64,000 nt of DNA from the NCBI GenBank assembly GCA_963666345.1, contig OY762721.1:2464001-2528000 (forward strand). The letters are read 5' to 3'. The stretch is from Desulfatiglandales bacterium (GTDB lineage: Bacteria; Desulfobacterota; DSM-4660; Desulfatiglandales; Desulfatiglandaceae). Position numbers and translations under genes: made by a program. The notes under the pieces are model-generated. The model worked only from the letters and a program-made list of their open reading frames with translations, was not told the origin of the DNA and made no database searches. Below, piece after piece: positions 60,136 through 64,000 of the stretch. The stretch's first letter is position 1. Each line of letters starts with the position of its first letter.

Positions 60136-62163
60136 ATGCCACCATCGAATAAGCTTACCAAGACCAGAAATATCGGAATAATCGCCCATATTGACGCGGG
60201 CAAGACCACTGTTACCGAGAGGGTCCTTTATTATTCGGGAAGACTTCACAAGATGGGAGAGGTCCATAACGGCGAAGCCACTATGGACTGGATGCTCGAA
60301 GAGAAGGAAAGAGGCATTACAATAACCTCGGCGGTCACTTCCTGTGAATGGCGGGGTCATTCCATAAATATTATCGATACCCCGGGGCATGTTGATTTTA
60401 CCATTGAGGTGGAAAGGTCTCTCAGGGTCCTGGACGGGGCGGTCGGGGTATTCTGCGCGGTAGGAGGAGTAGAGCCTCAGTCTGAGACGGTTTGGCATCA
60501 GGCGGACAGGTACAGGGTCCCTAAGATTGCTTTTATAAATAAGCTGGACAGGATAGGCGCCGATTTTTTCAGGGCCACCGATATGATAAGGGAGAGGCTG
60601 GGCGCGGTTCCGCTTATACTTCAAATCCCCTGGGGAGTTGAAGACAGCTTCATGGGGGTAATCGATCTTTTAAAAATGAAGGCACTTGTATGGGAAGACG
60701 ATGCCCTTGGAGCCGAGCTGCGTGAAGAGGATATACCGGCGGATCTTCTGGATGACGCCGAAGGATATCGGGAGTCCCTGATAGAGACCCTGGCTGATAC
60801 GGATGACATGATAATGGAAAAATTCCTATCCGAGGAAGACATCGATATAGACGAGCTTAAAAAGGCGATCAGGGAGGCCACTGTCGATTTGAAACTGGTG
60901 CCGGTCTTTTGCGGCGCGGCTTTAAGGAACAGAGGAATACAGCCGCTTCTTGACGGGATAGTGGATTTTCTACCGTCGCCTCTTGATGTCCCGCCCATTT
61001 CGGGACGGGTGCCTTCGACGGAAAAAACAGACACTCGTCTTCCAGATGCAAAGGGGCCCTTTGCCGCCCTGGTATTCAAGGTAATGATGGACCAGGGCAG
61101 AAAGACCACATATTTGAGGGTCTATTCAGGTTCTATAAAGGCCGGAGCCACCGTATTCAATCCCGGAAAGGGTGCAAAGGAAAAACTGGCAAGACTCCTG
61201 AAGATGCATTCCAACAAGCGGGAACGAATAGATCACGCCTCTGCGGGTGACATAGTAGCCGCCATGGGACTCAAGATTGCCGGCACCGGAGATACTCTCT
61301 GTGCCGAGGATAATCCGATATTGCTGGAGGCGATACAGTTTACCGAACCGGTAATAAGTATTGCCGTCGAACCCAAGCGGGTCCAGGACAATGACAAGCT
61401 CATGGAGGTGCTGGGGAAGCTGTCTGATGAAGATCCTACCTTCAAATTCAGGGTGGACGAGGAGACCGGGCAGACCCTCGTCTCCGGGATGGGTGAGCTT
61501 CACCTGGAAATAGTAATGGGCAGGATCAAGAGGGAGTATTCGGTCGAGACCAATCAGGGGAGGCCTCAGGTAGTTTACCGGGAGACAATAGGTAAGACGG
61601 CGGAGCATGAAGAACTTTTTCAAAGGGAACTGGCGGGGCAGGAGCATTTCGCGGCCGTTCATTTGAAGGTGTTGCCTCAGAAAAGGGGTTCCGGAAACAG
61701 CTTTGTGAACCAATGCAGCGCGGAACTTACGGAAGAATGCCTTGAGGCAATCAGACAGGGAATAACCGAGGCCTCATCAAGCGGTGTAGTGATGGGGTAT
61801 CCCATGATAGATATCGAAACGGTCCTGACAGGGGTAAAGATAAAGGAAAATTCGGATCCCATGGCCTTTCGAATAGCAGCCATAATGGCCTATAAGAACG
61901 CGTGCAAAGAGGCCGATCCTGTTATGCTGGAACCTATAATGAAAGCGGAGGTGCTGGTGCCCGAGGAGTTTACAGGCGAGGTTATCGGGGATCTGAACAC
62001 AAGGCAGGGCAAGATAGAACAGATTTCCATAAAGGGGCCTGTTCAGGTCCTTTCCGTGAATGTTCCCCTTTCAAAGATGTTCGGTTATTCAACCTCTCTC
62101 AGGTCTCTTTCACAGGGCAGAGGGACCTTCACGATGCAGTTCAGCCACTACGACAAGGCATAA
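60136..62163 (+). CDS. fusA: Elongation factor G, stand-alone paralog
   Basis: [49 protein letters not shown]. Confidence 0.92.
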   Translation: MPPSNKLTKTRNIGIIAHIDAGKTTVTERVLYYSGRLHKMGEVHNGEATMDWMLEEKERGITITSAVTSCEWRGHSINIIDTPGHVDFTIEVERSLRVLDGAVGVFCAVGGVEPQSETVWHQADRYRVPKIAFINKLDRIGADFFRATDMIRERLGAVPLILQIPWGVEDSFMGVIDLLKMKALVWEDDALGAELREEDIPADLLDDAEGYRESLIETLADTDDMIMEKFLSEEDIDIDELKKAIREATVDLKLVPVFCGAALRNRGIQPLLDGIVDFLPSPLDVPPISGRVPSTEKTDTRLPDAKGPFAALVFKVMMDQGRKTTYLRVYSGSIKAGATVFNPGKGAKEKLARLLKMHSNKRERIDHASAGDIVAAMGLKIAGTGDTLCAEDNPILLEAIQFTEPVISIAVEPKRVQDNDKLMEVLGKLSDEDPTFKFRVDEETGQTLVSGMGELHLEIVMGRIKREYSVETNQGRPQVVYRETIGKTAEHEELFQRELAGQEHFAAVHLKVLPQKRGSGNSFVNQCSAELTEECLEAIRQGITEASSSGVVMGYPMIDIETVLTGVKIKENSDPMAFRIAAIMAYKNACKEADPVMLEPIMKAEVLVPEEFTGEVIGDLNTRQGKIEQISIKGPVQVLSVNVPLSKMFGYSTSLRSLSQGRGTFTMQFSHYDKA

Positions 62164-62280
62164 ACGGCAGGCCTGTTATGGATAAGCATAAAAAAAGAGA
62201 TATCCCGGCTTGATTGTCTAATCTGCGGCGATTATGAAGAAAGGGGAGGAAAAATATTTATCTGCAGAAAAACCCCGTTT

Positions 62281-62607
62281 TTAATCCTGCAAGGGTGAAA
62301 GGCTGTATTTCTTGTCAAAGGATACTGCTATCCCCTCGTCATCAATCCTGACTACCGATCCTGAAACCTTGATAAGAACCTTATCCCCCCTCAACTTTTT
62401 CAGTTCATCAAGAGGGAGCACCACGTCGACGTCGACTTCAGTGCCGATCGGAAGGGGCTTGTCCGTCCTGAAAAATGCTCCTCCGGCGCATATGTCGCTG
62501 GTCTCAAGTTCAATGGTTTCTTCGCTCCCCTGTTGTGACGAACGCGTAAGGTAGGCGGGAAGATTTAAGTCAAATCTTTCCATCGTCCTTTTATTTTCTA
62601 CGGACAT
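62281..62607 (-). CDS. PilZ domain protein
   Basis: KRTMERF (RxxxR) and DICAGG (DxSxxG-like). Confidence 0.85.
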   Translation of the reverse strand: MSVENKRTMERFDLNLPAYLTRSSQQGSEETIELETSDICAGGAFFRTDKPLPIGTEVDVDVVLPLDELKKLRGDKVLIKVSGSVVRIDDEGIAVSFDKKYSLSPLQD

Positions 62608-62930
62608 GTCTGTTTTACCTCTTCTATTTTTTTAAAAGGCCGGGCATGAAAATGACTCTTTTTAAAGTAAGTATCGGCTTACTGCTCCTCAACCTTTAAT
62701 CTTGGAAAAGATAGCCTTTAACGAGTACATTAAAGATGCTGAATATTTCCTAGCAGCAATTACGCGACAAGTCAATCCGTATAACCTACTATTTTTTATG
62801 GTTCTCCTCTAAACAGTTTGTAGAAAAGGATTCAAAGATCCAAGGGGCCGATGGTTAGAGGGTCTATCTGTGAAACAGCAATTCTGCCTCCTTTCAGGGG
62901 TAAACGCCCGATCCTTGCTGCCGGAATCCT

Positions 62931-63713
62931 TTACTTGTTAAAAACAGGCTTACGTTTTTCGAGAAATGCGGTGACCCCCTCGCGCCCGTTCGGGTGATCC
63001 GCGCAAAGGGATAATGATTCTCTTTCCTTTTCGATCTGTGTTTCAAGGGAGGTGCTGAATGAGTCGGTGAGGAGCCTTTTAACCGCTGCAAAGGAACTGA
63101 GTGATCCGTCCGTTATCCGTTTCAGGAGCTCAAGTGCCCTGTCAAGGCAATTCCCCTCTTTTGCCACCTCTGTTACCAGACCCCATTCCAGCGCCCTTTC
63201 CGCGTCGATAGGCTGATCAAATGCCGCAATTTCAAGCGCCCTTGCGATTCCCACTATCCTTGGGAGGGTGAATGTCCCTCCACCGTCAATGCTCAGCCCG
63301 TTTGATGTGTATGCCTGTATCATTACGGCGGAAGAGTCCATCACCCTGAAATCACATGCAAGCGCCATGGAGAACCCTCCGCCTGCGGCAAATCCGTTTA
63401 TGGCTGCAAAGACCGGTTTAGGCATCCTTCTGATTTCCAGAACGGCACGGTGATAAATCGCCGCAAGCTTATGAAATGCGGAATAATAGCTGAGCCCGCT
63501 TTCCTCAAGCCATCTGAGATCTCCGCCCGCGCAAAATGCCTTGCCTTTGCCTGTTATAACGACCCCGGTAACCTCGTCGTCACTTGACACGGATGTAAGA
63601 ATGTCCGCCAATGTGCTTACCATTTCACCGCCGAACGCGTTAAATGACTGAGGCCTGTTCAATGTGAGAAGGGCTGTATGGTTTCTTTTTTCAAACAGCA
63701 CGGATTCCGTCAT
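62931..63713 (-). CDS. Enoyl-CoA hydratase/isomerase family protein
   Basis: LTLNRP...NA, AFCAGGDL, PKPV.AAING.AAGGG, REGV.AFLEKRKPVF. Confidence 0.94.
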   Translation of the reverse strand: MTESVLFEKRNHTALLTLNRPQSFNAFGGEMVSTLADILTSVSSDDEVTGVVITGKGKAFCAGGDLRWLEESGLSYYSAFHKLAAIYHRAVLEIRRMPKPVFAAINGFAAGGGFSMALACDFRVMDSSAVMIQAYTSNGLSIDGGGTFTLPRIVGIARALEIAAFDQPIDAERALEWGLVTEVAKEGNCLDRALELLKRITDGSLSSFAAVKRLLTDSFSTSLETQIEKERESLSLCADHPNGREGVTAFLEKRKPVFNK

Positions 63714-64000
63714 TGTCTTCTCTCCCTTTTTACTGTACCGTTCCAGTTTTTATTTTTATCAAGGCATCAAAGCCGGAAATTCTGAAATTTGGAGGTGCCT
63801 TATCCCTCTTGATCAGGATGCTCCATACGTAGATAATTCCGGGATCAGGGCCTGGTAATCAAGGAATTTTGATTTTTACTTCTTCAGTAATTATGTTTAC
63901 ATTTGACTATGATATGTAAATTATATATGCAACCTTGACGGTGTCGTTAAAAATCCGGATGTCCCTTGAATCTAATTGTCAAAATATCTGCCGGGCATTT

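Overview
A 64 kb bacterial chromosomal window, inferred from gene content and repeat types to come from a Desulfobacterota (deltaproteobacterial) anaerobe. Left to right it holds: a partial lactate permease, an FKBP PPIase and a CDF transporter; an ~18.3 kb surface-glycosylation island (3202-21534); an Lrp-pntA1-pntA2-pntB transhydrogenase operon; a J-domain/MCP/CheW set; two FmdE-family genes behind a leader terminator; a YedE/YedF/DUF3343 selenium-associated operon; a CitE-like lyase and an MFS; an AT-richer block beside tRNA-fMet; then core genes (PAS kinase, xerD, Xaa-Pro peptidase, RNB nuclease, MFS, HhH glycosylase, a stand-alone divergent EF-G, PilZ, enoyl-CoA hydratase). The island encodes three sugar C-methyltransferases, a sulfotransferase, CDP-sugar enzymes, two GT2s, a TMTC-like GT-C/TPR protein and two tandem ELWxxDGT-type repeat proteins, and is bracketed by direct repeats of the pntB 3' end. 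The AT-richer block carries XRE-ImmA plus a truncated MazF, nested IS scars, and a TetR-SulP-two-component operon. The most unusual signals are: (1) PntB has two near-identical domain III copies, both with the NADP 2'-phosphate-binding K-R-S motif replaced by N-L-D-E; (2) the pntB-flanked island looks like a self-contained protein-glycosylation module with its own candidate substrates; (3) those substrates show shuffled repeats and variation concentrated in AAY-like codons. All calls are from reading the sequence by eye; no searches were run.
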